Notes: generated by a model not told the origin, from the letters alone. DNA of 64,000 nucleotides from Phycisphaerae bacterium (GCA_039794345.1 JBDIVQ010000001.1:31072-95071); one strand, 5' to 3'; shown: positions 1-14,400, counted from the first letter of the stretch. Made by a program: numbers and translations.

Positions 1-36
1 GTCCATGGCACTATTCCGTTTGAGTTCGAATTCAAG

Positions 37-609
37 TCAGTCAACTTTTGGAAGAGTCAACCCGCCCTGATCCTGGTACTTCCCGCTCTTGTCGGCGTAA
101 CTGCGTTCGCACACCTCATCGGCCTTGAGGAAGATCATCTGGGCGATGCCTTCGTTGGCGTAGACCTTGGCGGGCAGGGGGGTGGTGTTGGAGATTTCCA
201 GCGTCACCTTGCCGCGCCACTCGGGCTCGAGGGGCGTCACGTTGACGATCAGGCCGCAGCGGGCGTAGGTGCTCTTGCCCACGCAGATGACCAGCACGTT
301 GCGCGGGATGCTGAACCACTCGACCGTTTCGGCGAGGCAGAAGGAGTTGGGGGGGATGATGATGTGGTCCCGGCCCGTCTGCTTCGTGTCCACGGTGACG
401 AAGAAGTCATCGGTGAAGCGTTTGGGATCGACGATGGCCTGGCCGCCGTGGGGGGTGACGTTGGTGAAGATCTTGAAGACGGCGCCGACGCGGACGTCGT
501 AGCCGTAGGAGGAGACGCCGTAGGAGACGGTTCCGGGTCGCTTGATGTTGTCCTCGAAGGGTCGGATCTCGACGAGTCTTCGGATCTGTGCGTCTGAGAG
601 TACGGGCAT
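37..609 (-). CDS. dcd: dCTP deaminase
   Basis: Motifs [28 protein letters not shown] and GIAQMIF; C-terminal KYQDQ; 190 aa. Confidence 0.95.
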   Translation of the reverse strand: MPVLSDAQIRRLVEIRPFEDNIKRPGTVSYGVSSYGYDVRVGAVFKIFTNVTPHGGQAIVDPKRFTDDFFVTVDTKQTGRDHIIIPPNSFCLAETVEWFSIPRNVLVICVGKSTYARCGLIVNVTPLEPEWRGKVTLEISNTTPLPAKVYANEGIAQMIFLKADEVCERSYADKSGKYQDQGGLTLPKVD

Positions 610-804
610 GGTGGCCTCGCGTTCCTTTTCAGGGGGCGTGACATGACGGGCCGGGTTGAGCCGGTGTGGACCGGCTCCGCCGGGCGTTGTGACGCCATCC
701 TGACGTTAGGTAAATGTCAGCCGTCCGTCCACGTCGGGGTCGCTCGGGCCGGCCAGTCCCACCGGCCTGCCCCGCTCCCTCGCCGTCCGCAACGGCCATC
801 GGAT

Positions 805-857
805 AGGATACCACTAGATGTAGGGGCTTCAACCCCGTTCTCATCAAAATGTCGTAT
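805..857 (-). promoter_or_regulatory. sigma70 promoter facing dcd with tandem NrdR-like boxes
   Basis: Minus strand: -35 TTGAAG (832-827), 16-bp spacer, extended -10 TG-G-TATCCT (810-805). The spacer is the palindrome CCACTAGATGTAGGGG (811-826). A second, weaker box CATCAAAATGTCGTAT (842-857) lies 31 bp away. Confidence 0.65.
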
Positions 858-1347
858 TTTTCTGAGATATTTTTCGGCGGAAGGGGAACCGCCGGCCTAA
901 CCGACAGTTTGACAGTGGGTTGCGCATCCGAGGGTTGGCCGCGATTCTGCCGACCCGGTGCGGATGTATTGTGGATAGATTGGCGGCCAGTGTCATTTGC
1001 GCAAGTGGAAGGCGGGTGGGGGTACGAGATGTTGGGGTGGGGGAGGGCGGCGGCGAGGCATCGAGGCATCGAGGCAGCGGGGTATTGGGGCGTTGCGGCG
1101 TCGGGGCGGGGAGGGGTGGAAGGGTGGAGGGGCCGCCTCTTGCGGCTGCGACGGGGTGGCGGAGCGCGGGCGGGCGCAGCGGAGGGCGGGCGGCCGCGGC
1201 ACCGCGGGCGGGGTTCAGGCCGCCCGCCGCAGCGGGCTGACGCCCTGCACTTGCGGCTTTGGCCGCATTCGACCCGGCGGGTGCGCTTCGCAATGATTGC
1301 CCGGCCCGCCGACCCCGTCGGTCGGGCGGAGCATTCGAAAGGAACTC

Positions 1348-2316
1348 ATGGCGAACCTGTTTCTGATCCAGGCCATCACCGAGGCGCTGCGCCAGGAGAT
1401 GGAGGCGGATCCCGATGTGATTCTCCTCGGGGAGGACATCGGGGTGAACGGCGGGGTGTTCCGCGCCACGGACGGGCTGTTCAAGGAGTTCGGCCCGACG
1501 CGGGTGGTCGATACCCCATTGGCGGAATCAGGCATCATCGGCACGGCGATCGGGCTGGCGATGGCGGGCCTCAAGCCCGTGCCGGAGATTCAGTTCGAGG
1601 GATTCCTCGGCCCGGCGTACGACCAGATCGTCTCCCACGCCGCCCGCTTCCGAACGAGAACGCGGGGGCGCTTCACGGTTCCGATGACGATCCGCGTGCC
1701 GGTGGGCGGGGGGATTCACGCGCCGGAACTGCACAGCGACTCGCCCGAGGCGGTCTACGTTCACACGCCGGGGATCAAGGTCGTCATGCCGTCGAGCGCC
1801 TATGACGCCAAGGGGCTGCTCATCGCAGCGATCCGCGATCCCGACCCGGTGATCTTTTTCGAGCCCAAGCGCATCTACCGCGCCTTTCGCGAGGAAGTGC
1901 CCGAAGAGCCCTACACCATTCCCATTGGCGAGGCGAAGGTGATCGAGGAGGGGACGGACGTGACGCTGATCTCGTGGGGGGCGTCGGTGGTGCAGTGCCT
2001 CAACGCCCTCGACGCGGTCGAGTCGTCGGTTGAACTCATCGACCTGCGCACGCTCTATCCTCTTGACGTGGAGGCGATTCGGAAATCGGTAAGCAAGACG
2101 GGGCGGTGCGTCGTGGTGCACGAGGCGCCGCGCACGGCGGGGCTGGGTGCGGAGATCGCGACGCTCGTGCAGGAGCACTGCTTCGAGTACCTCGAAGCGC
2201 CGGTGCAGCGCGTGACGGGGTTTGACGCGGTGATGCCCTACTACAAACTCGAACTGGAGTATCTGCCCGACACGCCGCGCATCGTCGAGGCGATCGAGCA
2301 GATCCTGGCGTACTGA
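1348..2316 (+). CDS. pdhB: 2-oxoacid (pyruvate/branched-chain) dehydrogenase E1 beta subunit
   Basis: GEDIGVNGGVFRAT, DTPLAESGI, FFEPKRIYR and DLRTLYPLD motifs; start chosen at ATG 1348 after AAAGGAA. Confidence 0.9.
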   Translation: MANLFLIQAITEALRQEMEADPDVILLGEDIGVNGGVFRATDGLFKEFGPTRVVDTPLAESGIIGTAIGLAMAGLKPVPEIQFEGFLGPAYDQIVSHAARFRTRTRGRFTVPMTIRVPVGGGIHAPELHSDSPEAVYVHTPGIKVVMPSSAYDAKGLLIAAIRDPDPVIFFEPKRIYRAFREEVPEEPYTIPIGEAKVIEEGTDVTLISWGASVVQCLNALDAVESSVELIDLRTLYPLDVEAIRKSVSKTGRCVVVHEAPRTAGLGAEIATLVQEHCFEYLEAPVQRVTGFDAVMPYYKLELEYLPDTPRIVEAIEQILAY

Positions 2317-2367
2317 TTCGTCGGCGGCGCCGCGAGACGGCGGCCGGCGCAAGAGAGCGAGAGGCGC

Positions 2368-3771
2368 ATGAGCGAGACGGTTGACTTCATCCTGCCCGAC
2401 CTCGGCGAAGGGGTTCACGAAGCGGAGATCATCTCCTGGAAAGTGAACGTCGGCGACAAGGTCGAAGAAATGCAGGTGCTCGCGGAAATGGAGACGGACA
2501 AGGCGCTGGTCGAAGTGCCCAGCCCCTACGCCGGCCAGGTGGTGGCGCTGCACGGCGAGGTGGGGCAGATCGCCCACGTCGGCGAGCCGATCGTCACCTT
2601 CAGCGGCGCGACGCAGAGCGGCCGGGCGGTCAAGGGCAAAGGAGCCGCCGCACCGCCTCAGAAGAAGGAAGAGGCGAAGGGGGGTCATCCGCCCTCTGCA
2701 GCCGCCGCGAAACCGCAAGCGGGCGCGGGGGCGAATGGAGCGCCGTCGCCCGCTGAAAAAGTTGATGAAGAAGATCGCGAAGACGCGGGCACCGTCGTCG
2801 GATCGATGGAGGGGCTGCCCACCCTCGGCAGCGGCGGGAAGGTGATGGCGACGCCCGCGGTGCGCCGGCTGGCGCGCGAGATGGGCATTGACATCAACAC
2901 CATCCAGGGCACGGGGCGCGGCGGGCGCATCACGGCGTCCGATGTCGAGCGCGCGGGGAAGAGTCCGAAGTCCGCTCCGGCGGCGCGGAGCGTGCGCGAA
3001 GCCGCGAGCGGCACAGGGCTGCGCGCCGTCAGCCAGCCGATCTCGTACCCGCCCGTGCAGGTCGATGCGTCGGGCACATCGCAGACGATCCCCTTCACAG
3101 GGATTCGCCGCAAGATTGCCGAGGCGCTGGACCGCTCGATCAAGACGGCGGTGCACTTCGTGGTGATGGAAACCGCGGATGTGACGGCGCTGGACCGCCT
3201 GCGCCGCCAGCAGGCGCATGCGTCGGGAGAGAAGGTGAGTTTCCTGCCCTTCATCATCCAGGCGATGTGCCGGGCGCTCAAGCAGTTCCCGCAGCTCAAC
3301 GCGATCGTCGATGATGAGAAGAAGGAGATCTACATCAAGGGCGTGATCAACATGGGCGTGGCGGTGGATACCGACCACGGGCTGATGGTGCCGGTCGTGC
3401 CCGGCGCCGACCGTCTCGGCATTCTGCCGCTCGGCCGCGCCATCGACGATCTCGCGCGCAAATGCAAGAACCGGACGATCGGCCTCGAGCAACTCAAGGG
3501 CGGGACGATCACGATCAGCAACGTGGGCAGTTACGGCGGGGCATTCGCCACGCCGATCATCAACTATCCCGAGGTGGCGATCCTCGCGGCGGGCCGCGCC
3601 CGCGAGGCGGTCATGGCGCGCAACGGCGGGATCTTCGTCGGCAGGGAGATGCCGCTGAGTCTGTCGTGCGATCACCGCGTGGTCGATGGCGCGTACGGAG
3701 CGAAGATGCTCAACGCCGTCGTGCAGTTCCTCGAGAATCCGGAGATCCTGCTCGAGCCGGCGGGGCGGTGA
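2368..3771 (+). CDS. pdhC: Dihydrolipoamide acyltransferase (E2)
   Basis: One lipoyl domain (ETDKALVEVPSP), PSBD (ATPAVRRLARE...GTGRGGRIT) and catalytic DHRVVDG. Confidence 0.9.
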   Translation: MSETVDFILPDLGEGVHEAEIISWKVNVGDKVEEMQVLAEMETDKALVEVPSPYAGQVVALHGEVGQIAHVGEPIVTFSGATQSGRAVKGKGAAAPPQKKEEAKGGHPPSAAAAKPQAGAGANGAPSPAEKVDEEDREDAGTVVGSMEGLPTLGSGGKVMATPAVRRLAREMGIDINTIQGTGRGGRITASDVERAGKSPKSAPAARSVREAASGTGLRAVSQPISYPPVQVDASGTSQTIPFTGIRRKIAEALDRSIKTAVHFVVMETADVTALDRLRRQQAHASGEKVSFLPFIIQAMCRALKQFPQLNAIVDDEKKEIYIKGVINMGVAVDTDHGLMVPVVPGADRLGILPLGRAIDDLARKCKNRTIGLEQLKGGTITISNVGSYGGAFATPIINYPEVAILAAGRAREAVMARNGGIFVGREMPLSLSCDHRVVDGAYGAKMLNAVVQFLENPEILLEPAGR

Positions 3772-3897
3772 GAGCGGCGTGCAGGTCGGGACAAGGCTCT
3801 GCGCAGGCCCGGCGAATCGGTGTCCCGTGGCCGGAGGGTCATTGAATGGAGTGTTTGCGCCCAATTGCCGGGCCGCGTCCAGAGCGGCGGTCCCGAC

Positions 3898-4266
3898 CTA
3901 CTTCGTCGTCTCGAAGAGGTAGAGCGCATTGCCGTCCGGGTCGCCGAAGAAGGCGAGGCGGACGGGGTCGTCGTTGACGATCGGGCCGTAGAACATCGCG
4001 CCTCGCGACTTGAGTTTCTCGACGACGGCGTCGAGGGGTTCATCGACTTCGAATCCGATGGAGATGGAGCCGCGCGCGCCCGGCGGTGGTGTGTGGGGAC
4101 CGCCGTGGTGGGGGTGGAGGCCGATGGCGAATCCGCCGCCGGCGTCGATCTCGGCCCACTCGTTGCCGACGCGGCGCGTGAGGCTGAACTCGAGCGTCTC
4201 GGTATAGAAGCGCACGGCCCGATCCATGTCGGAAACATAGACGGTGGCGATGCCGGTTCGGAGCAT
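3898..4266 (-). CDS. VOC/glyoxalase family protein
   Basis: VYVSDMDRAVRFY...FGDPDGNALYL pattern; RBS AGGAGG before ATG 4266. The upstream part of the 551-aa ORF is a shadow. Confidence 0.85.
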   Translation of the reverse strand: MLRTGIATVYVSDMDRAVRFYTETLEFSLTRRVGNEWAEIDAGGGFAIGLHPHHGGPHTPPPGARGSISIGFEVDEPLDAVVEKLKSRGAMFYGPIVNDDPVRLAFFGDPDGNALYLFETTK

Positions 4267-4313
4267 GGCTGACCTCCTGAAGAGTGCAGTATGCCCCGAA
4301 TTGTACCGACGGC

Positions 4314-5317
4314 TCAGATCGGCTTTCCCGAAAAAGCCACGAGGGAGCGCATGTAGTTGACGCGCTCGAAGGCCTCGGGGTTGGGGCAGTTCTCGCGCGA
4401 GAGGCTCCCCTTCATCTGCTGCACGCTGGTGTAGTCCTTGGCGATAAGCCAGTCGCGCAGTTCCTCTTCGAGGCGCTTGAAGTGCGCGGGACCGTGGCGG
4501 TAGAGGGCGGAGGCGAGCATGGCGGCGTCGGCGCCGACGAGCAGGAGCTTGACGAGGTCTTCGACGGTGTGAATGCCGCTCGTCGCGGCGAGGTAGGCGC
4601 CGATGCGGCCGCGGAGCATCGCGATCCACGTCATGCTCAGGCGCGACTCCCACGATTCGCTCAGCGCGAGGTTCGGAAAGAAGTCGAGCGTTTCGAGATC
4701 GATGTCGGGCTGGATGTAGCGGTTGAAGATGGTCAGGCCGTCCGCGCCGGCGTCCACGAGGCGGCGTGCGAAGTGGCCGAAGGAGGTGAAGTAGGGACCG
4801 ACCTTGACGGCCAGGGGAAGGCGCACCGCCTTGCGCACGGCGGCGACGAGATCGAGGTAGCGCCGTTCGACCTCCTCGCCGCTGTGACGCGGATCGCTCG
4901 GCACGAAGTAGACGTTGAGTTCGAGGGCATCGACGCCCGCGTCTTCGATGAGTTTGGCGAAGTGAACCCAGCCCCCGACGGTCATGCCGTTGAGGCTGCC
5001 GATGAGGGGCATGCGAACTGTCTGGCGCGCGAGGCGGAGACGGCGGAGGTACTCCGTCGGGCCGACGTTGTAGTCCTCGAGTTCGGGGAAGTAGGAGAGC
5101 GACTCGGCGTAGGACTCCGTGCCGTACTCGTACAGGCCGAAAATCTGCTGCTGCTGGTACTCGATCTGCTCCTCGAAGAGGGAGGGGAAGACGGCGGCGG
5201 CGGCCCCGGCGTCTTCGAGGCAGGCGAGGAACTCCGCGTCCTGATTGAGGGGACAGGCGGAAGCGATGAGCGGGTTGCGGAGCGTGAGGCCGAGGTAGCG
5301 TGTGCTCAGGTCCACGT

Positions 5318-5321
<4 letters not shown>
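4314..5321 (-). CDS. Dihydroorotate dehydrogenase-like flavoprotein (PFOR-associated)
   Basis: DLSTRYLGLTLRNPLIASA, LPLAVKV and ATSGIH FMN-barrel motifs; overlaps the PFOR stop (ATGA); active-site Cys loop absent. Confidence 0.8.
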
Positions 5322-8893
<3,572 letters not shown>

Positions 8894-9133
8894 GGGAGGA
8901 TCCTGTGGCGGTGACGCCGCATCATGGCTCAGACTCGGCGGAGTCGGCCGCTCAATCAAGATGGTTGACCTCAATGCGGTTGCGATCATGCCACATATCG
9001 CGAATCGGGGTGGTTTCCTCGATGTCCGCAGGGGAGGCCAGCGGGCATCCTGAGGCGTCGAAATGTCTACACTGCCCCCGCGCCCGCGGCGGCGGAGCAT
9101 GCGACGCGGAGCGGTCGATCGAGGAGCACGTCG

Positions 9134-9991
9134 ATGGGCGGGATTGTTTGGAATTGGCAGGTTCTCAGGGCGGGGGCGTTTCGCCTCGACGGCGGGACCA
9201 TGTTCGGAATCATCCCCCGCGTCCTCTGGCAGAAGGTCGCTCCGCCCGACGATCTCAACCGCATCACCCTCCAGACCAATTGCCTGCTGCTGCACGACGG
9301 TCATCGCCGGGTTCTCGTCGAGACGGGGTACGGCAACAAGTTCGAGGGGAAGAACCGCGACATCTTCGCCCTCGAAAACCGCTGGATCGGCCGGGCGCTC
9401 GAGGAGGTCGGCGTGGATCGCGGCGAGATTGACGCCGTGATCGTCACGCATCTGCACTTCGATCACGCCGGCGGACTGACCGTTGCGCCCGTCCGGGGGG
9501 CCGACCCGCAGCCCGCCTTCCCCAATGCCCGCGTCTATGTGCAGCGGACCGAGTGGGAAGATGCACTGGCGAACAAGTCCACGATGACGCGCACGTATCT
9601 GCGCGAGAACCTGGATCCGATCGCCGATCGGGTGGTGCTCCTCGACGGAGCGTGCGAAGCGTTGCCGGGGGTGCGCGTCATTCCTACGCCGGGGCACACA
9701 TGGGGTCAGCAGGGGGTGATCTTCGAGGATGAGGAGGGGACCGTGGTGTTTCCGGGTGATGTCATGCCGACGGCGAGCCACGTCGGGGCGGCGTACAACA
9801 TGGCGTACGATATTCTGCCCTATGAGAACATCTTTACGAAGCGCCGCCTGCTGGAGCGGTGCGCGGCTGAAGGCTGGAGGCTGGTGATCGACCACGAGCC
9901 GGCGGAGGCGGTGCGCCGCGTCCGCCTTCGCGCCGAACAGCCTGGCCAGTTCGATCTCGTCGCCGCCGGCGCGTCTGCGGGGAACACCTGA
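9134..9991 (+). CDS. MBL-fold metallo-hydrolase (YtnP-like)
   Basis: FRLDGGTMFGIIP, THLHFDHAGG, TPGHT and DHEP motifs. Confidence 0.85.
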   Translation: MGGIVWNWQVLRAGAFRLDGGTMFGIIPRVLWQKVAPPDDLNRITLQTNCLLLHDGHRRVLVETGYGNKFEGKNRDIFALENRWIGRALEEVGVDRGEIDAVIVTHLHFDHAGGLTVAPVRGADPQPAFPNARVYVQRTEWEDALANKSTMTRTYLRENLDPIADRVVLLDGACEALPGVRVIPTPGHTWGQQGVIFEDEEGTVVFPGDVMPTASHVGAAYNMAYDILPYENIFTKRRLLERCAAEGWRLVIDHEPAEAVRRVRLRAEQPGQFDLVAAGASAGNT

Positions 9992-10104
9992 ATCGCGGGC
10001 GGGAACGGCAGCGCCGGATGCCTGAAGCGCTGCGGAAACCCGCTCCCGCCTATCCTCGTTTCCTGCGGCCGAGTTTCGGCGGCGTCTGAATCGGACGAGC
10101 CACG

Positions 10105-11439
10105 ATGAATCCGAAGTGGTCCAGAACGATCGCCTACACGACGCGCGGGCTGGTCAGCCTGCTGGCGCTGGTCGCGGGCGTTTCGATCTTCAATCTCCTC
10201 GTCAAGACGCGCGCTCCCGTCAGCCGCGAGGAGGGGGAGCACTCGGGCCGGCTGGTGGAAGTCGTGGTGGCGCAGCGTGTTTCGACGGCTCGGCTGTGGG
10301 AGGGGTTCGGAGTCGCCGAGGCGCGGCACCTCGCCGAAGTCCCGGCGGAGGTCAGCGCCGTCGTCAAGCGGCGTCCGGCGGTGATCGAGCCGGGACGGGC
10401 GGTGGCGCGCGGCGAAGTGCTCGTCGAACTGGACGATCACGACTTTGTGCAGGAGCATCTCATCGCGCGCCAGAACATGGCGCGCCTGGAGGCGCAACTC
10501 AAGGTGCTCGACGCCGAAGAGCGCAACTGGGCCGATCAACTGGTCCTCGCCCGCGAGGAGTCAGACGTGGCGCGCCGTGAACTTGACCAGGCGGCGGAGG
10601 CGCTGGCCCGCGGGGCGGGAAGTCCGATCGAGGTCGATCGCCGCCGCCGTGAATACAGCGCCGCGATGCGCACCCTCCGGACGATGGAAGAAGCGGTGGA
10701 GAAGGTTCCGGCCCGCCGCGCTGATCTGGACGCGTCGCTGAATCTCGAACAGCGTCGGGCCGCCATCGCCGAGCGCAACGTGCAGCGCTGTGTGATCGTC
10801 AGTCCGCTCGACGGCGTGCTGCAGGAAGTGGCCATTCACGAAGGGGAGCGCGTCGCACCCGGGTCCATCGTCGCCCGGATCGTCAACCTCGGACTGATCC
10901 GCGTGCCGCTCCGCCTGCCGCAATCGGCGCAGCCGTCGATCCGCCCCGGCGACCCGGTCGAACTTCGCGCCGAGACGCTGGGCTGGTGCTGGACCGGGCG
11001 GGTCGAGCGGCTGGCGCCCGAAGCGGACGCCTCGACGCGGACGCTCACCGCGTTCGTCGAGGTTTCGCAGGATCCGCAGGGCGAGGCGCTGCTGCTTCCG
11101 GGGCGGTTTCTCCGCGCCTTCGTTTCCGCGGCGCCGGTGGAGCGCTTCGTTGTGCCTCGCTCAGCGGTGTTTGACGACCGTGTGATGGTGGAGGAGGGGG
11201 GAGTCGTCTCGTCCCGCGCCGTCGTCGCGGAATACCACGTCCGAAACCTCTGGCGGCAACTGCATCCCACCGAGCAGGAGTGGATCGTCCTGGGTGAGGG
11301 ATCCGAGGTTCGCGAGGGCGATCACGTCATTCTCTCCAGCCCGGAGGATCTGCGCGTGGGAGAGCGCGTCGTGTCCGCCGTGAGCGCGAATGGTTCCACC
11401 TCCGGAGGCGCAGCGGCCGGCCGAACCGGCGGACCCTGA
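10105..11439 (+). CDS. RND efflux periplasmic adaptor subunit
   Basis: N-terminal TM anchor, lipoyl-like halves (VPAEVSAVV...GEVLVELD; SPLDGVL), long coiled hairpin, PEADASTRT. Confidence 0.85.
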   Translation: MNPKWSRTIAYTTRGLVSLLALVAGVSIFNLLVKTRAPVSREEGEHSGRLVEVVVAQRVSTARLWEGFGVAEARHLAEVPAEVSAVVKRRPAVIEPGRAVARGEVLVELDDHDFVQEHLIARQNMARLEAQLKVLDAEERNWADQLVLAREESDVARRELDQAAEALARGAGSPIEVDRRRREYSAAMRTLRTMEEAVEKVPARRADLDASLNLEQRRAAIAERNVQRCVIVSPLDGVLQEVAIHEGERVAPGSIVARIVNLGLIRVPLRLPQSAQPSIRPGDPVELRAETLGWCWTGRVERLAPEADASTRTLTAFVEVSQDPQGEALLLPGRFLRAFVSAAPVERFVVPRSAVFDDRVMVEEGGVVSSRAVVAEYHVRNLWRQLHPTEQEWIVLGEGSEVREGDHVILSSPEDLRVGERVVSAVSANGSTSGGAAAGRTGGP

Positions 11440-11451
11440 AGCGCGGCACCC

Positions 11452-14400
11452 ATGACCCACCACGACCTCCAGGGACTGCCTGATCGACTCACGCTCACGA
11501 CCTTCGGGGTGCGCCAGCCGGTTCCCGCCAACCTGCTCTATATCGCCATCATGGTGCTGGGCCTGCTCTACGGGACGACGCTGCGGCGCGAGTTCTTTCC
11601 CGAGGTGCGGCCGAACCTCGCCTCCATCACCGCCATCTACCCGGGCGCCAGTCCGAAAGAGATCGAAGAAGGGCTGATCCTCAAGATCGAGGACAAGATC
11701 GCGGAACTCGATGAGGTCGTCGAGATCCGCAGCACGATCGTCGAAGGGATCGGCACCGTCGTCGTCGAGTTCCGCCGCGACATCGCCGACATCGACGAGG
11801 CCGTGCGCACCGTCGAGTCCGCACTCAACACGCTCACCGACCTTCCCGAGGAGGCGGAGCGAATCCGAACGACCAAGTTCGATCCGAAACTCCAGGTGAT
11901 TCAGATCGGCCTGACCGGCGAGGCGCCGGAAGCGGAACTGAAGCGCGCCATCCGGGAGATCAAGGATGACCTCCGGTCGCTGCCGGGAATGGGCAACATC
12001 ATCCTCGGCGGGATCCGCGCCGGCGAGATCAGCGTCCAGGTGCGCCCCGAGGCGCTGCTGAAGTACGGCCTGAGCCTGCCGGACGTCTCCGACCGGGTGC
12101 GCGACTGGATGAAGGAAGTTCCCGGAGGCACGATCCGCACCGGCTCGCAGAACATCCGGGTGCGCACCCTGGGCATCGAAGAGCGGGCGCGGGCGATCCG
12201 CGAGATCGTCGTGAAGAACGACGATCAGGGAGCGCTCGTGCGCCTCGGCGAGATCGCCACCGTCAGCGAGGGCTTCGAGGACGTGGAGATTCGCACGCGT
12301 CTCAACGGCCGGCCGGTCGCGACGCTGACGGCGTTCAACGTGGGTGAGGGTGACGCGGTCGAAGTCGCGGAGATGGTCCGGGCGTACGTGGCCGGTCGCC
12401 GGGGAGAGCCGCTGGCCGACCTGCGCCTGAGCGACCGTTGGAACGCGCTGGTGAACGGGATGGCGCAGCGCGGCTACGAGTCGCAGGCGGCGGAGCACGA
12501 GCGGCGGGTCGCGGCGGGCGACGCGGCCGGCGCGCCCCCCGCCCCGCCGACGCCGGCGCGAAGCGCGCGGATGCAGGCGTGGGAACTCGGCGCGGCCCGG
12601 ACCACCCCGCTTCCCGGCGAACTGGTGCTCTTCAGCGACCTCGCCCGCTTCATCGAGGGGCGTCTTGATCTGCTCACGCGCAACGCCAAGTGGGGGGCGA
12701 TGCTCGTCTTCCTCTCCCTGCTCGTGTTTCTCAACCTGCGCGTGGCGCTGTGGGTCATGCTCGGACTGATTCTCGCGGTCCTCGGCACCCTGGCCTTCAT
12801 GGCCGCGATCGGCGTGACGCTCAACCTGCTCACGATGTTCGGCCTGATCATCGTGCTCGGCCTGCTCACCGACGACGCGATCGTGGTGGCGGAGAACATC
12901 ACAGCGCGCTTCGAGAAGGGCGAGCCCGCCCTCGTCGCGGCCGTCCGCGGCACGGGCGAGGTGGCCTGGCCCGTGGTCGCAACCGTCACCACCACCATCG
13001 CCGCCTTCCTCCCGCTGGCGATGATCGAAGGACAGATCGGCGACTTCCTCGGCGCCCTGCCCATCGTCGTCGCCTGCGCCTTGAGCGTCTCGCTGCTCGA
13101 GGCCATCATCATCCTTCCGGCGCACATGGGCCACAGCCTGGCGCGGGTTCAGCGGCGCCCGCGGCCGTGGATCGGCGCCCGGATCCTGCGCGCCTTCGAG
13201 GCGAAGCGCAACGCGTTCCTGTTCGAGCGCATTGTTCCCAAGTTCGGCGCCGTGCTCGACTGGTCGATCACCCACCGGTACATCACCGTCTGCACGGCGG
13301 TGGCGGTGTGGATCATCTCGATCGGCATGGTCGTCGGGGGCCGCGTGGACTTCACGTTCTTTGAGGGAACCGACAGCGAGACCTTCGTCGTGGATCTGGC
13401 GATGCCGGTGGGAACTTCGATCGAGAAGACCGATGCGGTGGTGCGGCGCATCGAGCGGGCCGCCGCCGCCCAGCCGGAGGTTCGCATCGTGATGGTTCTG
13501 GCCGGCCAGCGCGTGGACCTCAACGACTACAGCCCGCTCTCGCCGCAGACGCACGTGGCGCAACTCTTCGTGGAGTTGACGCCGGTGGAGGAGCGCGATC
13601 GCACGAGCCAGCAGATCATCGCCGCGGTGCGGCGCGACGTGGGGGAGGTGCCCGGCGTGGAGTCGCTGCGGTATCAGGAGGTGCAGGGCGGTCCCGGCGG
13701 CCCCTCCATCAATCTCGTCGCCACCGGTCAGGACGAGGAGAAGATCCAGGCAGCCGTCGCGGAGGTCCGTTCAGCCCTGGCCGAATTCGCCGGCGTCGTG
13801 GACATCGGCGACGATGCGGACACCGGCCAGCGCGAACTGCAGATCCGCCTGCGCGACGGGAGCGCGACGCTCGGGCTGACCCCGGAGTTCGTCGCCCGGC
13901 AGGTGCGCGGGTATCTCTTCGGCCTCGAGCCGCACACCTTCTCGATCGACGAGGAGGACGTCGATGTTCGCGTCACCCTCGATGAGGCGACGCGCCGCAG
14001 CCTCGCCGAACTCGAGCGGCAGTACGTCTTCACACCCGACGGCCGGGCTGTGCCTCTCGTCGAGGTCGCCGAACTGGCCGAGGGGTCGAGTTACGCGACG
14101 ATCCGCCGTTTGGACCGGCGACGCGCCGTCACAGTGCTCGCCGACGTCGAGCCGGCCGTGAACAACCCGGAGCGCGTGGTCGCGGCGATGATGCCGGTGC
14201 TCGCCGAGATCGAAGCCCGCTATCCCGGAGTCAGGATCGAAGCCCGCGGGCGGCAACTCGAGACGAACAAGTCGCTCGCGGGCATCAAGTACGGCTTCCT
14301 GCTCGCCTGCGTCATGATCTACGTCATCCTCGCCTGGCTCTTCGGCAGTTACTTCCAGCCCCTGGCCGTGATGCTCGCCATTCCGTTTTCCATGATCGGG

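Noticed and set aside
835-980. Possible replication origin (AT-rich patch plus TGTGGATAG at 970-978)
   Set aside because: Only one imperfect DnaA box and no dnaA/dnaN/gidA context. The AT-rich patch is better explained as promoter/NrdR sites.
8894-9895. N-terminal 333-aa extension of the PFOR ORF
   Set aside because: Antisense to the MBL hydrolase. PFOR homology begins at MTTSYITVDGNEA (8893).
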